Notes: generated from the sequence alone by a model not told the origin. DNA of 64,000 nucleotides from an uncultured Verrucomicrobiae bacterium (GCA_963788655.1 CAWBHS010000049.1:64001-128000); one strand, 5' to 3'; positions 21,205 through 32,099 are shown, numbered from the stretch's first letter. Made by a program: numbers and translations.

Positions 21205-22172
21205 ATGAGATTGGCACGAATCAAAGTTCACGGGCGAAGTGCGGTGTATCACTGCATGTCGCGAGTGGTGGCTGGACAAGCCTTGCTGGATGACCTCGGC
21301 AAGGAGCAGCTCGTTCAAATCCTCTTTACGCTCGCCACTTTCTGCGGGATTGAGGTCATTACTTACTGCATGATGTCCAATCACTTCCATATCCTCGTCC
21401 GGTACCGGAGAAGCAGAATCCATCCGACCAGGAATTGGTCGAACGAATGGAGGCATTGTACGGCCCGAAAGGCACTTTGGTGCAACTCGCCAAGAAAGGG
21501 CTGGCAAATCACGGCTGCGTGGACCAAGACATCCGAGAAGGAATGTTGGAGCGGATGGGGGACGTATCGGCGTTCATGAAGGAACTCAAACAGCGGTTCA
21601 GCCGCTGGTATAACCGACAGACCGGACGTTTCGGCACCCTGTGGGCCGAGCGGTTCAAAAGCGTTTTGGTAGAGGATCAGCCCAGCGTCGTCGAAACCCT
21701 GGCCGCCTACATTGACTTGAATCCAGTGCGCGCCGGATTGGTGAATGATCCCAAGGATTATCGTTTCTGCGGCTATGCGGAAGCCTTGGCGGGAAATAAA
21801 GCGGCGCAGGCAGGTTTGCTGAGTTTTCAAAAGTCCAAAGAATGGAAACAGGCCAGCGCCGAGTATCGGCAGCGATTGTTTGTGGGAGCCGGTACGGCAG
21901 GACGAAGTGATAAAGCGTTGCTGGACCGGGAACAAATCAAGCGCGTGTTGGCCCAAGGCGGAGAATTGAGCTCAGCGCAGATCCTGCGGTTACGCCTTCG
22001 TCATCTGACGGATGGGGCGGTACTGGGCTCGAAGTCGTTTGTGAACGAGATTTTCGCATTACACCGGGAAAGATTTGGCGCAAAGCGGCGGAGTGGGGCA
22101 CGACCGATTCGGGGAGTGCCATTGGCGCACCTGAGCGTTTTGCGTGATCTGCGCGTTGGCGCGATCACATAG
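21205..22172 (+). mobile_element. REP-associated tyrosine (HUH/Y1) transposase, RAYT; frameshift near 21400
   Basis: VYHCMSRVV, YCMMSNHFHILV (HUH), RWYNRQTGRFGTLWAERFKS, YIDLNPVRAGLV, DYRFCGY. Confidence 0.9.
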
Positions 22173-22329
22173 GTCGAGGCGAGCAAGGCGGAGCGCGCCG
22201 CTACTCTCGGATTTGGCCGGATTTCGTGGTTCATACTTGGGCCTTCTTGGTTCGTCGTCCTTCGCTCATCCTACTACATCCTCTGCACATCCTCTACAGA
22301 TACCAGATACCAGATGCTGGATGCCGGCG

Positions 22330-22511
22330 GGTAGGGCGAGACTCCCGTCGAGCCCAAACTTCTCCTCATCATTGCCAATCATCCAAGACCATGAGCGCGG
22401 GAAGTGTTGGTATTTCAAACGTCAGGGATCTCTCAGGTTCAAGCCATACGTATTGGAAATGAGCGTGGAGAATCAGGGAGAAATCAGGGCTCGACGGAGT
22501 CTCGCCCTACC
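22330..22511. repeat. REPIN/MITE-like unit, copy 1
   Basis: Terminal IR GGTAGGGCGAGACTC(C)CGTCGAGCC ... GGCTCGACGGAGTCTCGCCCTACC around a conserved ~130-nt core. Confidence 0.9.
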
Positions 22512-22613
22512 GGCACCCGGAGGAAAATGAGATGCCGGATGCCGGATACCGGACGGCGGATTTTAAAACAATAATGCTTGGCAGAATGATATGTCAGGCA
22601 TAGTTTGTCTGAC

Positions 22614-22889
22614 ATGAAAACGCTTACCATGCGAGATTTGAACCGGAAGACAGCGGGGGTGCTGGACGCACTGGAGCGGGGCGAGACTTTTGAACTGCAC
22701 CGGAACGGCAAAGTCATTGGCTATCTGACGCACACCGCGCCGCCTCCGGAACGGAAACCCGATTGGCAAGCCCACCTTGATTGGCTGAAGCGGCAGCCGA
22801 AAGGGCGCGGCAAGCATTTGGTGGCTGAGTTTGAAGCCGACCGCCAGCGTCTCCGCGCTCGTGAAGAGGGAGTGGGTGGCGTCCAATGA
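22614..22889 (+). CDS. Antitoxin, Phd/YefM-like
   Basis: MKTLTMRDLNRKTAGVLDALERGETFELHRNGKVIG; overlaps a PIN gene. Confidence 0.85.
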   Translation: MKTLTMRDLNRKTAGVLDALERGETFELHRNGKVIGYLTHTAPPPERKPDWQAHLDWLKRQPKGRGKHLVAEFEADRQRLRAREEGVGGVQ

Positions 22890-23359
22890 AATTCGCGGCC
22901 GACTCCAGTGTCCTGGTCCGATTATACCTCGACGCCACCAAAGCGGACGCCATTGCACGTTTTCTGGCGGATGCCGCCAGCGTGGTCAGTGTTTCCGACC
23001 TGGCGCGAATCGAAGTGCTGAACGTGCTGCTGCGAGACCCGGAACTGGGTGCGGCCGCCAAGTTTGAAGAGGACCTGGCCGAAGGGATTCGCCTGCGCTC
23101 AGAACCGGTGGTTTGGCCGGACGTTTTTCAGCAAGCCGAGAGCCTGGCGAGGCGATTTACGCGCACGCTCCGTCCGGGCGGGCACGACTTGGTGCTGGTG
23201 GCGGCCGCAGTGGTGATGGGGGCCACTTGGTTTCTGTCCTTCGACCGGAATTCGCGCCAACGTCCGCTAGCTGGCGCCGCCGGACTGCACGTTTGGCCGG
23301 CACTGGACAAAGATGAGAAGGGCTTGATCCGGCACGCCTCGCGGCAGGCAACGAGCTGA
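22886..23359 (+). CDS. PIN-domain (VapC-like) toxin
   Basis: ADSSVLV, LARIEVLN, GHDLVLVAAA, FLSFDRN. Confidence 0.85.
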   Translation: MKFAADSSVLVRLYLDATKADAIARFLADAASVVSVSDLARIEVLNVLLRDPELGAAAKFEEDLAEGIRLRSEPVVWPDVFQQAESLARRFTRTLRPGGHDLVLVAAAVVMGATWFLSFDRNSRQRPLAGAAGLHVWPALDKDEKGLIRHASRQATS

Positions 23360-23423
23360 CGTGGGGGCGAGGTGGGTTGATGCCGGATAGCGGGTGCCGG
23401 ATGCCAGTTGGCGGGTGGCGGCG

Positions 23424-23595
23424 GGTGGGGCGAGACTCCGTCGAGCCCAAACTTCACCTCATCGTTGCCAACCTTCCGAGACCGTGAGCGCGGGAGGTGT
23501 TCGCGTTTCAAACGTCAGGGATCTCTGGGGTTCACGCCAAACGTATTGGGAATGAGCGCAGGAGAAATCAGGGCTCGACGGAGTCTCGCCCCACC
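23424..23595. repeat. REPIN/MITE-like unit, copy 2
   Basis: GGTGGGGCGAGACTCCGTCGAGCC ... GGCTCGACGGAGTCTCGCCCCACC (compensatory change in both arms) with the same core. Confidence 0.9.
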
Positions 23596-23678
23596 GGCGA
23601 ATGGAGGCTGATGAGCGAAGGAAACGACTCGCACCGTCATTGACAACCTGAAGTTGGTGAATCAAGATTTGATTCACG

Positions 23679-23936
23679 ATGAAGACAGCAAGCATTCGCG
23701 ATTTGCGAACCCGGTTTCCGATGTTGGAGGCCTGGCTGAAGAACGGCGAGCAAATCGAGATCACCAAGCGCGGCGAACCGGTGGCCCGGCTGGTTCCGTC
23801 GGCCCGAGGGAAAAAATCCAAGTTGGTCAAACCGGACATCATGGCGCGGTTGAAGATGACGTGGGGAGATCGCGTATTTTCCACCGCCGAAGTGGCCGAA
23901 ATGCGAGCCGCGGAAGGGGAGGGTGAGGAAGGATGA
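23679..23936 (+). CDS. Antitoxin, Phd/YefM family
   Basis: MKTASIRDLR...GEQIEITKRGEPVARLVP. Confidence 0.88.
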   Translation: MKTASIRDLRTRFPMLEAWLKNGEQIEITKRGEPVARLVPSARGKKSKLVKPDIMARLKMTWGDRVFSTAEVAEMRAAEGEGEEG

Positions 23937-24384
23937 TTGCCTTTCCGGACACTTCCTTTCTGTGTGCCCTCTATCGCCAACAAAGCAATTCCCGCCTGGC
24001 GGCAAATCATTTCGCCGCCATGACTGAACGACTCCACGTCTCGGCGCTGCTGCTTTTCGAATTTCGACAATCGATTCGGTTTCAGATTTTCCGCCACCAA
24101 CAGAAACCCACGGTCGGATTCGCACAAGGAGAAGGGACCAAGGCCCTGGCCGATCTGCAATCGGACTTGGCTGGTGGTGCTGTGGTTGTGGCCGCAGTGG
24201 ACTGGACAGATGTGCTGGCGCTTGCGGAGAGGCTTTCCGCGCAGCACACGTCGGCGCTGGTCACCGGAGCCTGGATATTCTGCACGTGGCGACAGCGTTG
24301 CACCTGGGCGCGCGAGAATTGCTCAGTTTCGACGCCAACCAACGACGGCTGGCCACCGCGGAAGGGTTGGTGGTCAAGCCTTGA
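23933..24384 (+). CDS. PIN-domain (VapC-like) toxin; frameshift near 24258
   Basis: PDTSFLCALY, LFEFRQS; the alternate frame continues GHRSLDILHVATALHLGARELLSFDANQRRLA. Confidence 0.85.
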
Positions 24385-24549
24385 AATGCGGCGTTTGACA
24401 CAACGGCCAGATAGCTTTCCAAAACGCCGGGTTGCAACGGGAAGGGCTTTGTACAGCACGCTTCGGAACAGGAAACGGGCTGACGAGGATTACGTGAGAT
24501 GCTGGATATCGGCTGCTGCACACCGGATTCCGGATGGCAGATGCCGGCA

Positions 24550-24724
24550 GGTAGGGCGAGACTCCGTCGAGCCGAAATTGTTCCTCATCATTGCCATACC
24601 ATCCGAAACCGTGAGCGGCGGGAGGTGTTCGCGTTTCAAACGTCAGGGATCTCCCAGGTTCACGCCAAACGTATTGGGGATAAAGCGTAGGAGAAATCAG
24701 GGCTCGACGGAGTCTCGCCCTACC
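24550..24724. repeat. REPIN/MITE-like unit, copy 3
   Basis: Same terminal IR and core (…TTTCAAACGTCAGGGATCTC…CCAAACGTATTGG…GGAGAAATCAGGGCTCGACGG). Confidence 0.9.
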
Positions 24725-24810
24725 GAAGTCTTTATGGTGGTGCAATCGCCTCGCCATTCCCATCTGGTATCCAGTATCTGGCATCTGGCATCAGCATCCG
24801 ATATTCGTCC

Positions 24811-27800
24811 CTACTTCAGCTCCGCCAGAATCTTCTTGGCGTCGGCCACGTAGGGAGCGTTGGCATTCAGGGCCACTGCCTTTTGCAGGGCGGCTTTGCT
24901 GTCGGAGGACTGTTTGAGTTGGTAATGGGCCATCCCCAGGTAGTACTGCAGTTCGCCGTCGGTGCCGCGTTGCACGGCGGCTTGCTTCAGCAACTGGGCG
25001 GCGCGTTGGTAATCTTTGCGCTGATAGACGGCGAGGCCCAGGGCTTTGGCCACTTCCGCGTCGCCGGGGTAGGCTTCGCGGGCTTTGGAGGCATGCTCGA
25101 AAACCTTGTCGTAGTCCACTGGCGGTTGGAGGTAAAGCAAGGCCAGTTGCTTGTTGGCCGGGGTGAACAATGGGAAACGCGCCAGCGCCTGCGCACAGGC
25201 TTGTTTGGCGGCGTCCAGGTTGCCCTGCTGCCGGTAAATCGTCGCAGCCGCCATCAGCGCCGGGACATAATCGGGTTGCTCGTTGAGCGTGGCCTGCACT
25301 TGAGTCTGGCCCGCCACAGCTTTAGTAGCGTCGGCTGCAAATTCGTTCATCAACAGAAAGCGTTTGGCGCTTTCAGCACGCCCAAAGTCCGGTTTGGTTT
25401 CCAGGGCACTTTGCATCCGGGTGATGGCATCGGCCACCTGTCCGACGCTGTAGTGGGCCATGGCCAGGTCATACAACATGCCCGGGTTGCCGGTGAGTTT
25501 TAGCGAGCTTTCTTGGAGCAGACTGAGCGCCCACTTGTAATCCTGCGCCAAATACGCCAGGCGGCCCAGGACATAGGCCACGTTGGGATCGTCCGGCGCC
25601 AGATCACGGGCGGTTTTCGCCAGTTCCAACGCTTTCTTCGGATCCTTGAGCGGTTGGGCGTACAACCTCGCGAGTCGCATAACTACTGCCACGGCTTTCG
25701 GATTGGCCTTCAGGGTCGTTTCGTAAGCCGTGCGGGCTTTGTCCCAGTCACTGGCTTTCTCGTAAATGGCCCCCAAGCGCAGGGCCGCAGCCGGGTCGGC
25801 GGGTTGTTCCTTGAGCATCTGCTCCAGCAGGGCTGCGGATTGGGGATCGGGCGCATTGGCATCGAGGGCGAGCACTTGCAAACGCTTCTGAGCATCGGCC
25901 TTGCCTTTGATCTCCGGCGACGCTTGGACGGCTTTTTGCAGAGCGGTTTGCGCAGCCTTTTCCTGGCCGGCCATATACAGCGCCATGCCCAGGTGGAATT
26001 GCACCTCTGGTTCCTTTGCCAGCTTTTGTGCGCTCTCCCGCAGTAACGTCACCGCCGCCGGATAATCACCACGCTGGTAATACAACCACCCGAGCGTGTC
26101 GGCCAATGCAGTGTCGTTGGGGTTTTGCTTGCGGGCGTCCTGGGCCAGTTCAAAGGCCTTGTTCGGTTCGTTCAAATGTTCCGAGAGCAGATAGGCCAGG
26201 TTGTTTTGGACGGAGCTCATGTTGGGATTGATCGCCAGCATGGCCTCATAGGTCTTTCTGGCCTCGGCGAACTGTTTGAGCCGTTCCTGGATCAACGCTT
26301 TCCAAAGCATTGCGTCCAGATCTTTGGAGTTCTGAGCCAACCGGGCGTCCAAGGCGGCCATGGCTTTTTGATCCTGGCCGGCTTTCATATAAAGTCCGGC
26401 GAGCTTTGTGTGCGCTGCAGAAAGCTCGGGATTCAATTCGATGGTCTTTTTGAGAGCAGCCTCCATTTCCTGGTTCTTGCCGGCGGCCTCGTAAACATTG
26501 GCGAGCATCCAAATTAGGTCAGCGGACTTGGGCTGTTTGGCCAGGTGGCTTTGGAGGCGTTGGATGGCCGCGTCGTAATTTTTTTCATCCACGTCCATAC
26601 CCGCCAATTGATTGAGCGCCGGCAGGAAGTCGGGCGAGAGTTTCAGTGCCTGTTCGAACGTTTGCCGGGCCTGCGATTTGAAGTTGGCTGCCTGGGGCGA
26701 CCCTTCGACCGCCTTGGCTTTCTGCCGCAGCACCACTCCGGCCAGCAGCGGCACTCTGGCGTCCTTAAGACCCCGGTCCATTAGATTGCGACAAAGGGCC
26801 AGCGCTTCATCGAACCGGTCCATGGATTGGTACGCCTGGGCCAGCAGAAACTGGGCGCGGGGCGCGTTGGGATTATTCTTCAGGAACTCCACCATCAGCG
26901 TGACAGCGGACGCGGGGTCTTTGGTGCGATTCTCCAACTCGGCCAGCAAATAGACCGCATCGGCATAATTCGGGTACATGGCGACAAGCTGCTTCAGGTC
27001 ACGGATGCTTTTGTCCACTTCATTGGCTACCAGGTAGGCGACGGCCCGATGGTAAAAGGCCATCACCGCCCCCGGGTATGTTTCCAGCAATTTGCTCAGT
27101 TGGTCGATGGCTTCTTTGGTTTTGCCTTCCGCCAGCTTGAGCCGTGAATTGAGCATCATGGCCTCGAGATTGATCGAGTCCTGCCGCAACACGTTGTCCA
27201 CCCACTTCGCGCACTCGGTGTAGTTGGTTTCAGACAAATAGGCGTTGGCCAACTGGTTGATGGCCGGCAGGTAATCCGGCACCTTGTCCACGATCTCTTG
27301 GAGCACCTGCTTGCCGCCTTCCATGTCGCCCGAAATGATTTTGTATTGGGCGTAGTTCAACCGTTGCGGGGAGCGATACGGCGTCAATGCTTCGGCCGCT
27401 TTGAATTCTTCATCCGCCTTGACTTGGTTGGTTTGCGACAGATACACGCTGCCCGCGCCCCAATGGGCGGCGGCGGATTTGGGGTCCAATTTCAACGCTT
27501 GTTGATAGGCAGCGCCGGCTTGGGTGAAGTCTCGCGTTTTGTAGTAGAGTTTGCCGAGCGCGACTCTGAAAAGCGGCGGTGTTCTCGGCTTGCGGCCGAA
27601 GGGCTTCCAGTCGTTGCTTGACCAATTCGAGGTGTTGGTGCTGTAGATCGTGTCGGGCAACAATTCGAAGCGCCTCCGGCTGGGTCGGCTGTTTTTGCAG
27701 GACATAATCCACTTCGTTGAAGGCATTGGTGAACTCGCGGTTGGCCAAGTACACTTGGGCCAGCTTCACCCGCGTTTCCAAGTCATCCGGCGTCAGTTCC

Positions 27801-28084
27801 TTGGCCTTGGCGAGAAAGGCGTAGGCCTTGGTGATCTTGCCTTGGGCTTCGTACATGATGCCCAGGTTGCGAATGACCTCGGGGATTTCCTTGTTCGCCA
27901 ACCGGAGCAGGTTGATGTATTCCAGTTCCGCCTTGTTGTATTCGCCGTCCTGGAAATACTTGTCCGCCCGCTCGCGGAAGCGAGCCATCTTGGCTTCGCG
28001 CGATTTGCACCCGGCACCCGCCAGCCACAGCAGGCTCAAGGTGAGAACCAGAATTAATGGACGCTGAAAAGCAATCGTTTTCAT
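24811..28084 (-). CDS. Large TPR lipoprotein (PrsT-like, EPS/PEP-CTERM associated); frameshifts around 27570-27660
   Basis: Lipobox AGAGC then ADKYFQDGEYNKAELEY, many TPRs, NNLAYLL…DTLGWLYY. Joins ORFs 27410-28111 and 24811-27726. Confidence 0.85.
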
Positions 28085-28479
28085 GTTGCTTGAGATTTTT
28101 CCTGTTTTCATTGTTCACTGCCTCGTAAGCAGCGGTGTATCACCAGACCCAACATTGAGCCCCAATTGGCAGCATAGGTATCGGCACCAGGAATTCAACC
28201 AAATTTGTTGAGGGCTGTCGAGCAGCAAAGAAAACGAAGCAGTAAATGCATATAGGCGATGACGGAATACCGGAGTCATCCGTTTGCCATGCAATACCCA
28301 CGCCCAGCATCAGGCTCTTCGACGGTTGCCATTATCCGCAGGCCCGAGGGCGGTTTGAGCAGTCTGCCGATTGGGAAGTTTGCGACACGTCAGGTTTGGA
28401 GATCGGCGCAATGATTTCCGCATGTGAGCCCCAAGTGCAGTCTTGGCAGGAAGACTATTTTCAATCCACACTGCGCCCG

Positions 28480-31400
28480 ATGAAGCTTGCCACGTTCACC
28501 ACGGTTGCCGTCCTGCTGTTAAACGCCTTCACGGTAATTCCCGCTGATGCCGAGGATCCGTTTTCGGTGCCCGCGCCTTCCGGCGCGTTGTCTCTGATTC
28601 CGTGGCCGAAGTCGGTTGAAATGTTACCCGGCTCGGTTCTCCTCGACCCGCAAAGCCGGATTGTGGCCGGCGACGTTCAATTGCATCCGCTCGCGGAAAT
28701 CCTGGCCGAAGAAATCTTCCTGGCGACGGGCCTGAAGCTGGCCAGCACCGTAGCCCGCCCTGCTGCGGGGGACATCGTTCTGCAAATCGATCCGCGACTG
28801 AACGGTGAAGCCTACACGCTGAAAACCGGAACGTCCGTAGAGATCCGCGGCGGCAATTTTGGTGCCGTCGCCTGGGGTACGGTTACGTTGCTCCAGTTGT
28901 TGAGCGCCGAGAGCGACCAGGTTTCGCTCCCGCGTCTATCAGTGATCGACGCCCCGGCCACCGAGTTCCGCGGGTTGCTGGTGGATGTGGCGCGCCGGTA
29001 TCATTCGCTCGAGAGCCTCAAGCAGATGGTGCGGTTGTGCCGGCTGTACAAGATCCGCTATTTGCAACTGCACCTGACCGACGATCAGTCCTTCATGTTT
29101 CCGTCCCGCGCCTTTCCGCAACTGGCTACCAAGAATGAAAATGGAGGGAAGACCTATAACCTTGAGGAATTGAATGACTTGGTCACCTTCGCCGACGCGC
29201 GCAACGTGACGATTATTCCCGAATACGAAGTGCCCGGCCACTCCGCCGCCGCCAACCGCGCTATGCCCGATCTCTTCCTGATCAAGGGCACCAAGCCTTA
29301 CGTGCATCATGCCTCGATCAACTTCGCCAAACCCGAGGTGATGCAGGCGGTCGCCACCATCGTGGGCGAGATGTGCGAGGTGTTCCAGTCCAGTCCCTAT
29401 TTCCACATCGGCGGCGATGAGGCGGACCTGGCCTTTGCGAATCAGAACGAGGATTTCCAGGCGGCCTTCAGGAAATTCAACCTGCCCAATCAGCACCAGC
29501 TTTACCGAAAGTTCGTCGCCGACATGAACGAGATCGTAAAGAAGAACGGCAAGCAGATGATCGTCTGGGAAGGCTTTGGCCGCGAGCCCAAGTCACCGGT
29601 GCAAATTCCCAAGGACATCATCGTGATGGCCTACGAAATTCGTTTTTACATGCCGGACCAACTGGTGCAGGACGGTTACCCGGTGATCAACGCTTCCTGG
29701 ACGCCGCTGTATGTCGTCAATCGCGGGCGGCCGCCGGAGGAGATTTACGCCTGGCAATTGCGCCAATTCAAACCCTACGGTGCGAAACCAACCGACCACG
29801 GCGTGATCGTGCCACCGGACGCCCCGGTCTTCGGCGCCCAGATGTGCGCGTGGGAGCAACCCGAGGCGGTGGAACTACCCAACGAGCGCCTGCGCCTGGC
29901 CGCGATGAGTGAGCGGATTTGGAATCCCGCGGCGGGCAAAAGCTATTCCAACTTTGCGCGGCGCCTCGCGGTTACGGACAAACTGCTCGACCGGCTCGTG
30001 CATCGGTTCACCGTTCACGCGGATGGATTAATCCGTTTAGGTGAATATCGAGTTGACCAGCCGATCACGTTGACACTGGCCCTCGCTCCGGAGACGCACG
30101 GCACCCTCCGCTACACGCTGGATGGCCAAGCGCCCGGTCCCGGCTCGGCCGCCTACACCGGCCCGATTCACTTGACGACGACCACGGATTTCAAGGCGTG
30201 TGTCTTCGATGAGGCCAACCGACCGCTTGGCTATCCGCGGTCCACGCGTTACGAATTCCATCCCGTCCACGGCGAAGCACATGGGCTGTTCGCGGACAAT
30301 CGCGTTTCCGAGCCGCTCACGCTGACGTTGAAGTCCACCACGAATACTCAATACCTCCTGTTCAATCGCGCGCCGGGGCAGGGGATGAATCAAAGCATTC
30401 CGGCGACGCTCGGGCGTCAGCAGTTTGCGGACGTGCTGGCCCACTTCCCCAACCGTCCGACGGCGCGGATTCAGACGGGCCTGAGCTATGTCTTCTCCTG
30501 CTTCCGCACGCCTCCCGAAACCACCCTCGAGGCGCTGCGGATTTTTCTGGAGGCCGCCGAGCAGACGGACACACCGGTCCTGGTGCAAATCGATACGGAA
30601 CATTGGTGGGAAGCGCGGCCCGACCTTTGGAATTGGTGGGACCCAGCGCAGCCAGGTTACAACCCGGCCAACCGGGAAAATGTGGAATGGACCGCGTGGT
30701 CGCCCACCAACGCCCTCAAGCTTGCGTGGCGCAATTGGGGCCGGCAAATTCGGGTGCTGCCCCCGCCCAACCTGGCCAGCCCGCGCTACATGGCCGCGTG
30801 CCGGGAAGAAATCCGGCGATTGGTGTCCGACGTCATGGATTGGCAGGCGCGGTTGCCACCAAACAAGAAACACCTGCTCATCGGTATCAAGCTGGGCCAT
30901 GAAACCTCGATCGGCGTCAACTCCTACCATTATCCATCAGGTAACAATCTGCTCCCCCGGCCAGCCTCGGCCGACCCGGTGCGGGCGTTGAATACCGAGG
31001 ATGTTCTGGCCCGGGGAATGGCTCAGATCGGCTACGCCGCGCTGACTTCCTCCGGCATCCGGACCAACGGTGTGCCAACTGAGAGTGAACTGCGCGATGT
31101 GGCCCACCGCTACCTCGAAATGCTCTGTCGCACTGCGGCCCAGACCGGAGTGCCGCGGGAACGTCTCTTCGCCCACGGCGCCGGCTGGAAGGAAGGCGAG
31201 CTGATCTACGATGTGCCGGTCAATCGTTACGCGTGTCCCGGATGGAGTTTCTATAAACACGCTGCCGATCCGCGAAAGGACGCCGGGGTGCAGCGCAATC
31301 TGGCGAAATCTGATGCGCCTTACTGGGCGGCGACCGAATGGCTCTTTCAGGGCAAACGGAAGACTGCCGCCTGGCGGAACGCCCTGGCCAACACGTTGTC

Positions 31401-31512
31401 CGACCCGCGCTGCCGTTACGTCTGCGTTTTCAATTGGGAAAGCATCCGCTCCAGCGAGGCCGTCCTGAAAGCCATCACCGACCTGGTCGAAGCATCCACT
31501 CCTGGGAACTAA
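28480..31512 (+). CDS. GH20 beta-N-acetylhexosaminidase with chitobiase/Fn3-like domain, fused to an unrelated C-terminal domain
   Basis: LIPWPKSV, RGLLVDVARRY, HLTDDQ, PEYEVPGH, FHIGGDE, LRYTLDG. Confidence 0.88.
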   Translation: MKLATFTTVAVLLLNAFTVIPADAEDPFSVPAPSGALSLIPWPKSVEMLPGSVLLDPQSRIVAGDVQLHPLAEILAEEIFLATGLKLASTVARPAAGDIVLQIDPRLNGEAYTLKTGTSVEIRGGNFGAVAWGTVTLLQLLSAESDQVSLPRLSVIDAPATEFRGLLVDVARRYHSLESLKQMVRLCRLYKIRYLQLHLTDDQSFMFPSRAFPQLATKNENGGKTYNLEELNDLVTFADARNVTIIPEYEVPGHSAAANRAMPDLFLIKGTKPYVHHASINFAKPEVMQAVATIVGEMCEVFQSSPYFHIGGDEADLAFANQNEDFQAAFRKFNLPNQHQLYRKFVADMNEIVKKNGKQMIVWEGFGREPKSPVQIPKDIIVMAYEIRFYMPDQLVQDGYPVINASWTPLYVVNRGRPPEEIYAWQLRQFKPYGAKPTDHGVIVPPDAPVFGAQMCAWEQPEAVELPNERLRLAAMSERIWNPAAGKSYSNFARRLAVTDKLLDRLVHRFTVHADGLIRLGEYRVDQPITLTLALAPETHGTLRYTLDGQAPGPGSAAYTGPIHLTTTTDFKACVFDEANRPLGYPRSTRYEFHPVHGEAHGLFADNRVSEPLTLTLKSTTNTQYLLFNRAPGQGMNQSIPATLGRQQFADVLAHFPNRPTARIQTGLSYVFSCFRTPPETTLEALRIFLEAAEQTDTPVLVQIDTEHWWEARPDLWNWWDPAQPGYNPANRENVEWTAWSPTNALKLAWRNWGRQIRVLPPPNLASPRYMAACREEIRRLVSDVMDWQARLPPNKKHLLIGIKLGHETSIGVNSYHYPSGNNLLPRPASADPVRALNTEDVLARGMAQIGYAALTSSGIRTNGVPTESELRDVAHRYLEMLCRTAAQTGVPRERLFAHGAGWKEGELIYDVPVNRYACPGWSFYKHAADPRKDAGVQRNLAKSDAPYWAATEWLFQGKRKTAAWRNALANTLSDPRCRYVCVFNWESIRSSEAVLKAITDLVEASTPGN

Positions 31513-31559
31513 CCTATCTGTGCGTCCACCTTGGCTCGCCGGATTAATTACTCCTCGCT

Positions 31560-31870
31560 CCAGGGAAGCGTTTCAGCTCGGCCATGACAATCCTTTCCAC
31601 CTGTGCTTCGTCGGTCTCCTGACGTTCCTCCCAGAGCCCGCAGTGCCGCAGAATTTTCTCCGTCAGTTTTCTTGCTTTGGGCCAGCCCAGCACTTCGATG
31701 CTGGTTCGGCGTAAAGGATGAGGGGGGCAATCCGTTGGTGCTGATGATGGCTTCTGCCATGGGTTGATTGCCGACAATGACGACGCGTCCCGATTGACCG
31801 AGGTAGTTGGTTGTGTTGGTGCCGTCTGATTGTTGGCGCACGCTTCCGGCGATGTTCACGCGGATGAATT
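31560..31870 (-). pseudogene. Mosaic of gene fragments (secreted-protein piece, F5/8 3' end, IS91/RAYT-like fragments)
   Basis: 31565-31712 is similar to 46400-46545 (IEVLG.PK, EKILRH.GLWEERQET.EAQ.ERIVMA); GQSGRVVIVGNQP fragment. Confidence 0.55.
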
Positions 31871-32099
31871 TGGATGATTGGTTGGTGTGGGCGGTGAAGT
31901 TTGGGCAGGCAACCTGCTGGTGGCTCAATGTGCCCACAAGTAATCCAGGCGCAGAGGGTTTCCTGATGAAAATGGCTCGCGATATGTTAGGGGATGGCAA
32001 CCTTCAACCAGCAGACGCAATGAACAACCTTGGTGCCATCGCTGTTGACGAATTCGCAACTCTACCATCATACTTTCGCCGACTTTTACCGCCGCCCTA

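Noticed and set aside
22330..24724. CRISPR array or classical integron
   Set aside because: The repeats are ~175 bp with gene-sized spacers. There are no cas genes, no IntI tyrosine recombinase and no GTTRRRY/RYYYAAC attC cores.
23933..24853. 306-aa extended PIN protein
   Set aside because: The extension results from a frameshift reading through REPIN copy 3.
20491..25452. Diversity-generating retroelement template/variable repeat pair
   Set aside because: No reverse transcriptase is present, the repeat is too long, and the differences are not adenine-specific.
28340..28415. Degenerate REP-like sequence upstream of GH20
   Set aside because: Too decayed to delimit or interpret.
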